Of a stretch of 64,000 nucleotides of DNA, positions 49,675 through 58,605 are shown one piece after another. Each line of letters opens with the position of its first letter. Within the stretch, counting starts at the first letter, position 1. The stretch is from contig OY970181.1 in assembly GCA_963708045.1 (NCBI GenBank), positions 387,740-451,739 on the forward strand, read 5' to 3'. The DNA comes from an uncultured bacterium. GTDB lineage: Bacteria; Patescibacteriota; Patescibacteriia; CAIQCM01. The notes beneath the pieces are model-generated. The model had not been told where the DNA came from and did no database searches. It saw nothing but the letters and a program-made list of their open reading frames with translations. A program made the translations under genes and the position numbers.

Positions 49675-52600
49675 ATGTTAGAAAACGTACACTTTGACGA
49701 AGCACGGCAATCGCAACTCCCCGCCTTGGAGCTGCTTTTGGCGATGGGATACAAATATATTTCAGCAGAAGAATGCTTACGCCAGCGTGGAGGTGATACG
49801 AGTAATTTTATCCTTACAGATATTGCCGCTGAAAAATTGATGGCGATCAATGGGTATGAGATTAACGGGGTAGAATCAAAATTTAGCGAAAAGGATGTTC
49901 GGGATGCGATTGATGAGTTGGAACATATTCAATATGAAGGACTGATTGATACAGCGCAGAAAATTTATAATATCGTTATGCCGACTTCGGGGGGGAAAAC
50001 GATCAAGGTAAGCGTTGGCGGAAAAACAGTATCTAAAAATTTTCGTTTTATTGATTTTCAAAACCCACGGAATAACACTTTTCATGTGACGGCCGAATTT
50101 GAGGCTTCGGGTAAGCAGAATATTCGGCCGGATATTGTTTGTTTTGTTAATGGTATTCCGCTTGCAGTCATTGAGAACAAAAAATCAAGCGTTGATGTTG
50201 TTGAGGCATTAAACCAGATGAACCGGAACCAAGGGGCTGAATTTTGTCCCAAGCTTTTTACCTACACACAGTTACTCGTGGGAACGAACGGCAAAGAACT
50301 TAAATATGGCACGACCGGAACGCCGAATAAGTTTTATGCGGTTTGGAAGGAAAAGGGGATGACAGATGACGAAATTGAAAGCGAAGTCGTTTCGGTCATG
50401 CAAAAGAAAATTTATTTAAATGATTATAACAATGTCTGCGATGACCTAAACGGTGATACACGCGATGCTTTACCGCAATCGGTTCGTTTAGTTACGGAAC
50501 AGGACAAAGGGATCGTATTTTTGTTTAAGCCGGAGCGGCTTCTTGAACTAACCAAGAACTACATTCTCTTTGATGCCGGAGTTAAAAAGCTTTCCCGTTA
50601 TCAGCAGTTTTTTGCGATCAATAAAATGATGGCGCGTATTTTTGAGGAGGAAGCATCGCCAGTAGGCGGCGAACGGCGGCATGGCGGTTTAGTATGGCAT
50701 ACGCAAGGGTCAGGCAAATCGCTTACAATGGTTATGTTTGTAAAAGCGTTAATTGAGAACCCGCACATTATCAACCCGCGCGTTATTATTGTTACTGATC
50801 GTCGGGATCTTGATAAACAAATCAGGGATACATTTAAGAATTGCAATTTAAAAAAAGAAGTTATACAGGCGACCAGCGGCCAGCATTTGCTTGGTCTGAT
50901 TAATGACAAAAATCTTGCCGTAATTACGACCCTCGTACATAAGTTTGAATCGGCCTCAAAGAAAAAGACCGGTTTAGTTGACTACGATAAAAATATTTTT
51001 GTCTTGGTTGACGAAGCGCACCGCAGTCAAAACGGCATTGCGAACATTGAGATGAACCGGATTATTCCGAACGCTTGCTATATCGGTTTTACCGGTACGC
51101 CGCTCATGACCTCGGAAAAAGAAAGCTGGAAAAAGTTCGGCGGCTACATTGACCGCTACACAATTGACGACGCTTTGGCCGATAAAATTATTTTGCCGCT
51201 CATCTACGAGGGGCGGTATGTGGACATGGTGCAAAACGAAGAGCAGGTTGATCGCCAAGTTGAGCGGATCACCGCCGACCTAAACGACAAGCAAAAGCGC
51301 GATCTGCAAAAATATATTGGTTCAAGGATTGTCAAAGATAATCCTCAGCGCATCGTAGAAATTTCATACGACATTGAAAAGCACTATATAAGGAACTTCC
51401 AAAACACCGGCCTAAAGGCGCAAATTGTCGCGCCGTCCAAATTTTCGGCCATTCTTTTCCAAAAGTTCTTTCAGACGAACGGCAAAATTCGCACCGCTGT
51501 CGTAATTTCCGATGAACACGACGATGGCGACGAAGCTGATACTCACAAAAAAGAAGTGGTTGATTATCTTAATACCGTGCGGAAAAACCACAGTAGCGTT
51601 GAAAGTTATGAGAAAGAAGTAATCAATAGCTTTAAAAACAATGAAGACGGGATTGAGATAATTATCGTTGTTGATAAACTGCTGACGGGTTTTGATGCGC
51701 CCAGAAACACGGTGCTGTACTTGGCCGAAGACTTGCGCGATCATAATCTGCTTCAAGCCATTGCCCGCGTCAATCGTTTGTTTGAAAACAAAAAACTTCC
51801 CAAGACGGCGGGATATATTATTGATTACTCGGAAAACGCCAAGAATATTGATACGGCGATGAAACTCTTCGGCAATTACGACAAGGATGACGTTAAAGGG
51901 ACGCTTATTGATGTTAAAGAAAAGGTGGAGGAATTGGAACAGAGCTATGCGCTAGTGCATGATCTTTTTGGCGGCATAAAAGGATCGTCCGACGACGAAG
52001 CTTTTTTGCGCGTTCTTTCAGACGATCCTAAGCGCGAAATGTTTTATAAGTCGCTCGCCGCGTTCATTAAAAACCTAAATGAATGTTTTGTTCTTCAGGA
52101 TTTTGTGCATGAATTCAAACATTTGGATATATATACGCGCGAGCTTAAAAAGTTAATGGAACTTAGGAAGGCGGCGAGCTTAAAATATGCCGATCGCATT
52201 GACTTGGCCGAATACAAACAGTCGCTCGTTAATATCCTTGATAAATATATTGATGCTCGTGGTGTTGAGTTATTAACCAAGCAGATCAATATTACTGATC
52301 GTAAGCAGTTTGAAGAAGCTATTGATACTTTAGGTTCGGACAGGTCAAAGGCGGAGGCGATTGCCATGCAAACTAATAAAACTATTAGCGAAAAAATGGA
52401 GACTGATCCAGAATTCTATGAACGGTTCTCTAAAAAAATTGATCTTATTCTGCAAGAGATGCGCCAGGGCAAGTTAGCCGATGTTGCCGCGCTTAAACAG
52501 CTAAAGTTGATTAAAGACGATGTGATTAATAAGAAAGATAACGACCTGCCTGAACCAATTGTCGCTCTTAAAGGGTCGGATGTCTTTTATCGCAACCTGC

Positions 52601-52863
52601 GGGATTGCTTTGTTTTGTTTAAACTACCCGACGACTTATATATTGCCATTATTTTGGATATTTTTAATCTGGTTAAGCGTGAGGCGATTGTTGATTGGTA
52701 TAAAAACCTTGACGCCAAGCGTCAGATTATTAATAAGCTCGACGACTATCTTTATGATGTCGTTAAGAACGAGAAAAAAATTGATTTGTCCGACGACAAT
52801 ATGAAGTTAATTATTTCAAGCGTGCTTTCGCTCGCAGAAAATAATTATGAGCTCTTTGTTTAG
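49675..52863 (+). CDS. hsdR: type I RM restriction subunit
   Basis: RPDIV.FVNGIPL.VIENK, WHTQGSGKS, DEAHRSQ, GFTGTP, LLTGFDAP, QAIARVNR. Confidence 0.96.
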   Translation: MLENVHFDEARQSQLPALELLLAMGYKYISAEECLRQRGGDTSNFILTDIAAEKLMAINGYEINGVESKFSEKDVRDAIDELEHIQYEGLIDTAQKIYNIVMPTSGGKTIKVSVGGKTVSKNFRFIDFQNPRNNTFHVTAEFEASGKQNIRPDIVCFVNGIPLAVIENKKSSVDVVEALNQMNRNQGAEFCPKLFTYTQLLVGTNGKELKYGTTGTPNKFYAVWKEKGMTDDEIESEVVSVMQKKIYLNDYNNVCDDLNGDTRDALPQSVRLVTEQDKGIVFLFKPERLLELTKNYILFDAGVKKLSRYQQFFAINKMMARIFEEEASPVGGERRHGGLVWHTQGSGKSLTMVMFVKALIENPHIINPRVIIVTDRRDLDKQIRDTFKNCNLKKEVIQATSGQHLLGLINDKNLAVITTLVHKFESASKKKTGLVDYDKNIFVLVDEAHRSQNGIANIEMNRIIPNACYIGFTGTPLMTSEKESWKKFGGYIDRYTIDDALADKIILPLIYEGRYVDMVQNEEQVDRQVERITADLNDKQKRDLQKYIGSRIVKDNPQRIVEISYDIEKHYIRNFQNTGLKAQIVAPSKFSAILFQKFFQTNGKIRTAVVISDEHDDGDEADTHKKEVVDYLNTVRKNHSSVESYEKEVINSFKNNEDGIEIIIVVDKLLTGFDAPRNTVLYLAEDLRDHNLLQAIARVNRLFENKKLPKTAGYIIDYSENAKNIDTAMKLFGNYDKDDVKGTLIDVKEKVEELEQSYALVHDLFGGIKGSSDDEAFLRVLSDDPKREMFYKSLAAFIKNLNECFVLQDFVHEFKHLDIYTRELKKLMELRKAASLKYADRIDLAEYKQSLVNILDKYIDARGVELLTKQINITDRKQFEEAIDTLGSDRSKAEAIAMQTNKTISEKMETDPEFYERFSKKIDLILQEMRQGKLADVAALKQLKLIKDDVINKKDNDLPEPIVALKGSDVFYRNLRDCFVLFKLPDDLYIAIILDIFNLVKREAIVDWYKNLDAKRQIINKLDDYLYDVVKNEKKIDLSDDNMKLIISSVLSLAENNYELFV

Positions 52864-53578
52864 CGGAAAAAAGGAATTTATTTTTGGTTCGTTTGCATAT
52901 CATTACGACCTTGTAATGCAAGACCGAAAAACGTTTAGCCTTACAGTTAAGCCTGATCTTGGTATAACCTTAAAATGTCCACATAGTGCCGGAGAAGAAC
53001 GGGTTGAAAACTTCCTAAAGAAAAAATGGTTTTGGCTTGAGAAGCAGTTGTCATTTTTTAAAAAATATCAACGAAAGGTATATCAAAAGGAATATATTTC
53101 AGGAGAGGGATTTTTGTACCTAGGCAAGCAATATACGTTGATGATAAAAAAAGCGTCCGAAGACAGAGTATCTCTAGTCAAGGGGATTATGCTGGCACAA
53201 ACAAAATTTGGTACAAGCGACATGTTGCATACACAAATATTATTACGCGATTGGTATTTTGACAGGATTTCTAAAATATTTTTTGAACGTTTTAAAAAAG
53301 TGTTATCGTATTTTGATTATAAAAATGTTCCCCCTTTGAGGATAAAATATATGCAAAAACGGTGGGGGAGTTATTTGGACGAAAAAATGATAATTTTAAA
53401 TCCAAAATTGATTCACGCGCCCAAGGAATGCATTGATTATGTAATTACTCACGAGCTTTGTCATATTAAATACAAAGAACACAATAAAAATTTTTATAAA
53501 TTACTAAGCGAGAAATATCCCAAGTGGGAGAAAGCTAAAGAAAAGCTGGAAATAATCGGAACACACGAAATACCTTAA
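52847..53578 (+). CDS. YgjP/DUF45-like zinc metallohydrolase
   Basis: SGEGFLYLG, MQKRWGS, IDYVITHELCH...HNKNFY; usual neighbour of hsdR. Confidence 0.88.
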   Translation: MSSLFSGKKEFIFGSFAYHYDLVMQDRKTFSLTVKPDLGITLKCPHSAGEERVENFLKKKWFWLEKQLSFFKKYQRKVYQKEYISGEGFLYLGKQYTLMIKKASEDRVSLVKGIMLAQTKFGTSDMLHTQILLRDWYFDRISKIFFERFKKVLSYFDYKNVPPLRIKYMQKRWGSYLDEKMIILNPKLIHAPKECIDYVITHELCHIKYKEHNKNFYKLLSEKYPKWEKAKEKLEIIGTHEIP

Positions 53579-53617
53579 AGTGGGATTTTTTAATAGAAAT
53601 GCTATCATTAACTTTCT

Positions 53618-54547
53618 ATGGGCATTGCTGAAATATTTGTGATCGTTCTTGGGCTGACGTTGTTTGAGATTGTCTCATCAATTGATAACGCGGTTATTAA
53701 TGCCGACGTGCTTACGACGATGTCGGCGAAGGCACGGCGGTGGTTTCTTGTTTATGGAATTTTTATCGCCGTCTTTGTCGTCCGCGGTCTTTTGCCACTC
53801 CTCATTGTTTATTTTTCTACGCCCGGCCTCGGACTTTGGAACGCGCTTTCGGCCACCTTTAGTTCCGACCCCAAGGTTCTAGAAATTATAGAAAAACAAA
53901 CGCCGGTTTTGCTCGCGGGCGGCGGTCTTTATTTGGTTTTTCTATTTTTGCACTGGCTCTTCATTGAAAAAAAGGAATATGCTTTCTTTTTTGAACGCCA
54001 CGTTCACGAGAAGATGTATTTTTGGTTTTATTCGCTGGCCTCGGTGATTTTGTTGGTGCTGGTTTGGCTCACAATGAAAATAAATCCAATGATCGCTTTG
54101 GGTACGGTCGTTGGTTCCACAGCATTTTTCATTACGAACGGCTTTAAGCACAATGCCGAAGAAACGGAAAAACGGCTAATGGCGGGAAGCGGGCTTTCGG
54201 ACTTAAGCAAAATTATTTATCTGGAAATTATTGACACGACTTTTTCTATAGACGGCGTTTTGGGCGCGTTTGCTTTTACCGTTTCCATCCCGCTCATTCT
54301 TATTGGAAACGGCTTGGGCGCGTTTGTTGTTCGTTATATAACCGTGCACGGAATCGCGACGGTTAAAAAATACCGCTATCTTAAAAACGGCGCCATGTAT
54401 TCGGTCGCCGCGCTTGGCGTGGTGATGATTATGGAAAGTTTGGCCGTTCACGTTTATACGCTGTTACCACCGCTCATCACCGTCGTTGTTATTGGACTTT
54501 TCTTTTGGCTTTCGGTTCGCGAGTTAAAAATTAAAAAGGTGATATAA
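53618..54547 (+). CDS. DUF475 / TerC-like integral membrane protein
   Basis: FEIVSSIDNAVINA.VL, YLEIIDTTFSIDGVLGAFA, YLKNGAMYS. Confidence 0.87.
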   Translation: MGIAEIFVIVLGLTLFEIVSSIDNAVINADVLTTMSAKARRWFLVYGIFIAVFVVRGLLPLLIVYFSTPGLGLWNALSATFSSDPKVLEIIEKQTPVLLAGGGLYLVFLFLHWLFIEKKEYAFFFERHVHEKMYFWFYSLASVILLVLVWLTMKINPMIALGTVVGSTAFFITNGFKHNAEETEKRLMAGSGLSDLSKIIYLEIIDTTFSIDGVLGAFAFTVSIPLILIGNGLGAFVVRYITVHGIATVKKYRYLKNGAMYSVAALGVVMIMESLAVHVYTLLPPLITVVVIGLFFWLSVRELKIKKVI

Positions 54548-54578
54548 AAAAGATCCCGCCAAAGCGGGATCTTTTAAT

Positions 54579-54650
54579 TGCACGCTGTAGGGATCGAACC
54601 TACGGCCTTCTCCGTGTAAAGGAGTTGCTCTACCGCTGAGCTAAGCGTGC
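54579..54650 (-). tRNA. tRNA-Val(UAC)
   Basis: anticodon arm ctcc-ttTACac-ggag; TTCGATC T-loop; no encoded CCA. Confidence 0.93.
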
Positions 54651-54736
54651 GAAACAAGTTGCCTCTTTAAACTAACAGAATAGCCTATTTTTTTCCAGTC
54701 CTTGTCATTATTTATATGATTGTGTAGGATAAGTTT

Positions 54737-55068
54737 GATTCGGTTGTCGCTTTTCGTCATACCCGAAAAGATATGCAACTGATGCTTTCAAGATCAAAGA
54801 AGGTGCCGGTTTGGAGATCCACTGCGATCTTCAGACAATGGCCAAAACTAAAAGTGGATCTGAGTGCAAAGATCCACACAGGCGTACTACCCGTGAGGTA
54901 CCAATGATGCAACGCGGACGACCACAACTTTCCACTTCTTCTCAAACCCTACGATGACAACCGCGACCGCCGTAAAAGGAGGTGATGCCAATGCCTGATT
55001 CCGTTGTCGGGTTTCCGTAGCGCACAAATCAAAACGTATAAGCCGAGGAGGTATGACCTCGGTTTTTT
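54737..55068 (+). ncRNA. candidate ~330-nt transcript without a long ORF
   Basis: promoter TTGTCA-N17-TAGGAT at 54702-54730; internal hairpins; terminator ccgagg...cctcggtttttt. Confidence 0.3.
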
Positions 55069-55202
55069 CGTATTTATTTTATGCCCTCCCCCGAGTGCGG
55101 GGGAGGGGTTGGGGAGAGGGTTGTTTATTTTTTTTGCGATTTGCGTTAAACTCGGCTTGGTTTTGGCACTGCTTCGCACGTTCATTTTAGGAGGGAAAGT
55201 TC

Positions 55203-55886
55203 ATGAAAAATCAAACGTTTTCGCAAGAGTTTTATCCGATCCGCTTTGGCTGGCTTAAGACAATGCCGATGTTGATTTTTTTGGCGGCGATTATATATGT
55301 GTGGTTTGCGGCGTTAAAATCAGCGCACCTTGGGCCGCATTTGGTCGCGGTCGGTATACTTGGCGTATTGGTAACCGTCTTTGTGTGCTCTGTGTTTCAG
55401 ATGTTTTTCTCTGGCATCTACGTGGGTGATTGGAAATTTCTCCTAAACTATCTATGCAAGAATGTTATTGGTTTTGAAGTATGGATTTTAAAAGTTGGCG
55501 ACGGAGGGCCAATTTTTTCCATCAGACCTCGTGGAGCGAGTTTAGAAAAAGTACTGGATGGTGAGCGGGGAGATGGTTGGATGATTCGCTATTCGCTTGG
55601 CGGCTGGTTTCCGCGACGAGGGAGAATTGTTCATTGTAATGATGGTACGAATCTTGATTACGCCGGCCGCGTCAAAACTGTGGACATATCTGACCTTGAC
55701 CCATTGGAGCACTGGCTCTTGGTTCCCGACAGATTGTGCATAAAAGGCAAACCGCGTTTGATTGAGGAAGCTGTGGTGGGTGATCTATTTAATTGGACGC
55801 CGAGCTTTGTTCAGTTTGGTGGAATTAACTGGCGGGCGCATCACGAGCACGGTCATAAAGCGTTTCTTGAGGGGAATGAAGATTGA
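55203..55886 (+). CDS. hypothetical membrane protein
   Basis: SD aggagg; two N-terminal TM helices. Confidence 0.6.
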   Translation: MKNQTFSQEFYPIRFGWLKTMPMLIFLAAIIYVWFAALKSAHLGPHLVAVGILGVLVTVFVCSVFQMFFSGIYVGDWKFLLNYLCKNVIGFEVWILKVGDGGPIFSIRPRGASLEKVLDGERGDGWMIRYSLGGWFPRRGRIVHCNDGTNLDYAGRVKTVDISDLDPLEHWLLVPDRLCIKGKPRLIEEAVVGDLFNWTPSFVQFGGINWRAHHEHGHKAFLEGNED

Positions 55887-55949
55887 CACATTCGCAGGCT
55901 GGGGCTTATCGCTCCAGCCTGTAATAATTTTGTGCTATAATAAATATAT

Positions 55950-56207
55950 ATGACTTGGGGAAGATTTTTTATCGCGCTTATCGGAACGATTGCCGGCTTT
56001 ATGCTGGTCTGGAAAACCGAGCCTGTTTTTGGTTTTACCGGCCGGTTTGATTTTGCCGAAAAGTATTTGGGAACCGAAGGTGGATCGCGTCTTTTTATAA
56101 AAATTATCGGCTGTATCGTGATTTTGGTTTCTTGGATGTATGGTTTTAATGTTGGCGGAATAATCATTCAAAAGCTATTCCTTCCCGGCCAGCCGGTTGA
56201 ATATTAA
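55950..56207 (+). CDS. small two-TM hypothetical protein
   Basis: hydrophobic helices around FAEKYLGTEGGSRLFIK. Confidence 0.7.
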   Translation: MTWGRFFIALIGTIAGFMLVWKTEPVFGFTGRFDFAEKYLGTEGGSRLFIKIIGCIVILVSWMYGFNVGGIIIQKLFLPGQPVEY

Positions 56208-56211
56208 ATTT

Positions 56212-56757
56212 ATGCCTCTTGGAACAAGCGTTCTTCTTGACCCCGATGCCGTCCTTGCCCGCGCCGGCGTTCGCGCCGGTTTTGTTGTGGCTGATCTTGG
56301 ATGCGGCACAACTGGGTATTTTATTTTGCCCGCCGCGCGCTTAGTTGGTGAAACCGGCCGCGCGATTGCTGTTGATATTATTCAATCTATTTTAGCCGGC
56401 GTTGCTGGCCGCGCGCGTTTTGAGGGCTTAACCAGTCTAGAAACTTTGTGGGCTGACTGTGAACGCCCGGGCGGCGTAAAATTATCAGACAACACTTGCG
56501 ACATCACCCTTGTCATAAACAATATGTATCAGGCAAAAAACCGCGGCGTATTTCTCGCCGAAGCCGCGCGTCTTACTAAGCCTGAAGGCAAAGTGGTGAT
56601 TATAGATTGGAAAACGGCGGCAACGCCGCTTGGTCCGCCTCCGGGGGAAAGGGTCGCGGCAGAAATAGTTAGAATAGACGCGGAAAAAGCCGGTCTTAAA
56701 CTTACTGAAAATTTTGAGCCAGGGCCGTATCACTGGGGAATGCTCTTCGCAAAATAA
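56212..56757 (+). CDS. class I SAM-dependent methyltransferase
   Basis: VADLGCG.TGYF, AVDI, KPEGKVVIIDWK...GPP. Confidence 0.88.
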   Translation: MPLGTSVLLDPDAVLARAGVRAGFVVADLGCGTTGYFILPAARLVGETGRAIAVDIIQSILAGVAGRARFEGLTSLETLWADCERPGGVKLSDNTCDITLVINNMYQAKNRGVFLAEAARLTKPEGKVVIIDWKTAATPLGPPPGERVAAEIVRIDAEKAGLKLTENFEPGPYHWGMLFAK

Positions 56758-56900
56758 TTATCAAAAAGTCCCTGATGGGACTTTTTGATATTGCCTTCTT
56801 GCTGCGGTTCGTGTAATCTTTTCCGAATGGACCACATACCATGGACCACGCACCACACGGGTGTTTCATGGTTTATTGTTCATGGTACATAAATTATAAT

Positions 56901-57302
56901 ATGCAATATCTAAAATCTCTTATCTCGTTATCTTATTGGTTTAATTTAAATCCAGCGCCGTTTATGTCGCTCGTTTGGACGGTTCTTGGAATTTTGATTA
57001 TTGTTCTTTTTGTTGCCTCGGCCGCTACAAAATATTTGTCTTTTGCGAACCGAAAAAATCCGCCGCTTCACCGGATTCTTTCGCGCGCCGGCCGTGCTGG
57101 CCTTTGGGTAAGCGTTGTCGCGCTTCTTTTTTACTTCTTTAACTTTGAAGGTTTGCCAACACTCTCGGCTCGTTTTTGGTGGGCATTAATCGCCATTGGC
57201 GGCATTGTTTGGGCGGTATTTATTTTTATTGATTTCAAAAAAAATTACGCCCCCGCCCGAAAAACATTTTTAGAAAAACAAGAAAAAGAAAAGTACCTCT
57301 AA
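56901..57302 (+). CDS. hypothetical three-TM membrane protein
   Basis: hydrophobic helices; LSARFW; ends EKEKYL. Confidence 0.7.
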   Translation: MQYLKSLISLSYWFNLNPAPFMSLVWTVLGILIIVLFVASAATKYLSFANRKNPPLHRILSRAGRAGLWVSVVALLFYFFNFEGLPTLSARFWWALIAIGGIVWAVFIFIDFKKNYAPARKTFLEKQEKEKYL

Positions 57303-57390
57303 ACATGAACCATGTACCATAAACCACACACCATACGGATGGTACATGGTGCGTGGTACATGGTTCATGGTGTGTGGTTCATGAAAAAGT

Positions 57391-57747
57391 ATGTCCAACC
57401 AATCTTTTGGACTGATCGGTCAAAATTTTGCCGAAAAATATCTTCGTAATCTGGGCTATAAAATAATCGTCCGTAATTTTCGGACGCGCTTTGGTGAAAT
57501 AGACATTATTGCCAAAGAAGGGGAGGATTTTGTTTTTGTTGAAGTTAAAACTCGGCGTGACCAACGTTTTGGCGCGCCCGAAGAAGCGGTTACCAAAACA
57601 AAACAGCGGCATTTACTTGCCGCCGCGCAAATTTATTTGCAAAAAATTCGTCGGATTAACGATCCGTGGCGCGTGGACGTTATCGCGCTTCTTGGCGACG
57701 GAATAAATTTTTCAGTGAATCACATTAAAAACGCCGTGAGCGCTTAG
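57391..57747 (+). CDS. YraN (UPF0102) family nuclease-like protein
   Basis: GYKII.RNFRTRFGEIDIIA....VFVEVKTR; RVDVIA. Confidence 0.93.
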   Translation: MSNQSFGLIGQNFAEKYLRNLGYKIIVRNFRTRFGEIDIIAKEGEDFVFVEVKTRRDQRFGAPEEAVTKTKQRHLLAAAQIYLQKIRRINDPWRVDVIALLGDGINFSVNHIKNAVSA

Positions 57748-58472
57748 GCGGGAAATTCTGCCGCCAAATTTACGACCGCCCAAATTTTTTGATGCATTTC
57801 TTCGGGCGAAAGCATTCGTCCGTCTTGAACGCACTCAATTAGTTTAGTGTTGGGAAATATCTCGGCGATCTCGGTGTAAACTCTTTCTGCGTTTTTTAAA
57901 TGTTGAATATCAGCCTCATGCAGATCGCGTTTTTTTCCGTTTACATAACGGCGTTCGGCGGCTGATTTTTTATCAACTAGCAACTGCGCCATTTCCGCCG
58001 GCATATGCAAAATAATGTTAAGGTCGGGGCGGGGAATATTAAAGACGCCGTATTCAAGGTCGTCTAGCCATTTAAAAAACGCAAGCCGTTCCGAGATGTC
58101 CGCAATCTTGCCCCCCTGGTGTCCAGCATTAGCCGTTACATAACGATTGGAAACGATAATCTCGCCGCGGTTCAGACATTCGCGAATTTTGAATGAAGCG
58201 TCAAACCGGTCTATTGCATAAAAGGTTGAGGCGGCGCGCGGGGTCATTTGTCCATATTTTCCGTCGAGATATTCCTCAACCGGCCCTGCCGATTTGTTTC
58301 CGTATTGGGGAAAATCGGTCATTTGCACGGGGTATCCTTCCAAAATCAATCTTTCTAGTAATAATTTTGTTTGCGTTGCCTTGCCACTGCCATCGGTTCC
58401 GTCTATTACGATAAATCGGCCTTTGGCGGGAGTTTGGTGATTGGTTGGTTTAATATTTGTTTGCGAAATCAT
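57744..58472 (-). CDS. tmk: thymidylate kinase
   Basis: FIVIDGTDGSGKATQ, DFPQY, YAIDR, NRY..AN..HQG, PRPDL. Confidence 0.92.
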   Translation of the reverse strand: MISQTNIKPTNHQTPAKGRFIVIDGTDGSGKATQTKLLLERLILEGYPVQMTDFPQYGNKSAGPVEEYLDGKYGQMTPRAASTFYAIDRFDASFKIRECLNRGEIIVSNRYVTANAGHQGGKIADISERLAFFKWLDDLEYGVFNIPRPDLNIILHMPAEMAQLLVDKKSAAERRYVNGKKRDLHEADIQHLKNAERVYTEIAEIFPNTKLIECVQDGRMLSPEEMHQKIWAVVNLAAEFPA

Positions 58473-58605
58473 AATTTAATTTTTGTTTACCGTGCTTGCT
58501 GGTTGTAGGTTATCATAACGAGAAATATTATTCACATTGCGCGCGCGGGAAGTGAATGATAAGGTTCCTGAATTATTAAAAGATAGCCTTTAATTGCTAA
58601 TAAAT

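Noticed and set aside
43458-53600. tRNA-Leu-integrated element with attL/attR
   Set aside because: No integrase, and I found no duplicate of the tRNA 3' end at the right side of the RM locus.
54737-55068. tmRNA, SRP RNA or 6S RNA
   Set aside because: No tRNA-like GGGG...CCA ends or T-loop, no SRP helix-8 motif, and no end-to-end rod pairing evident.
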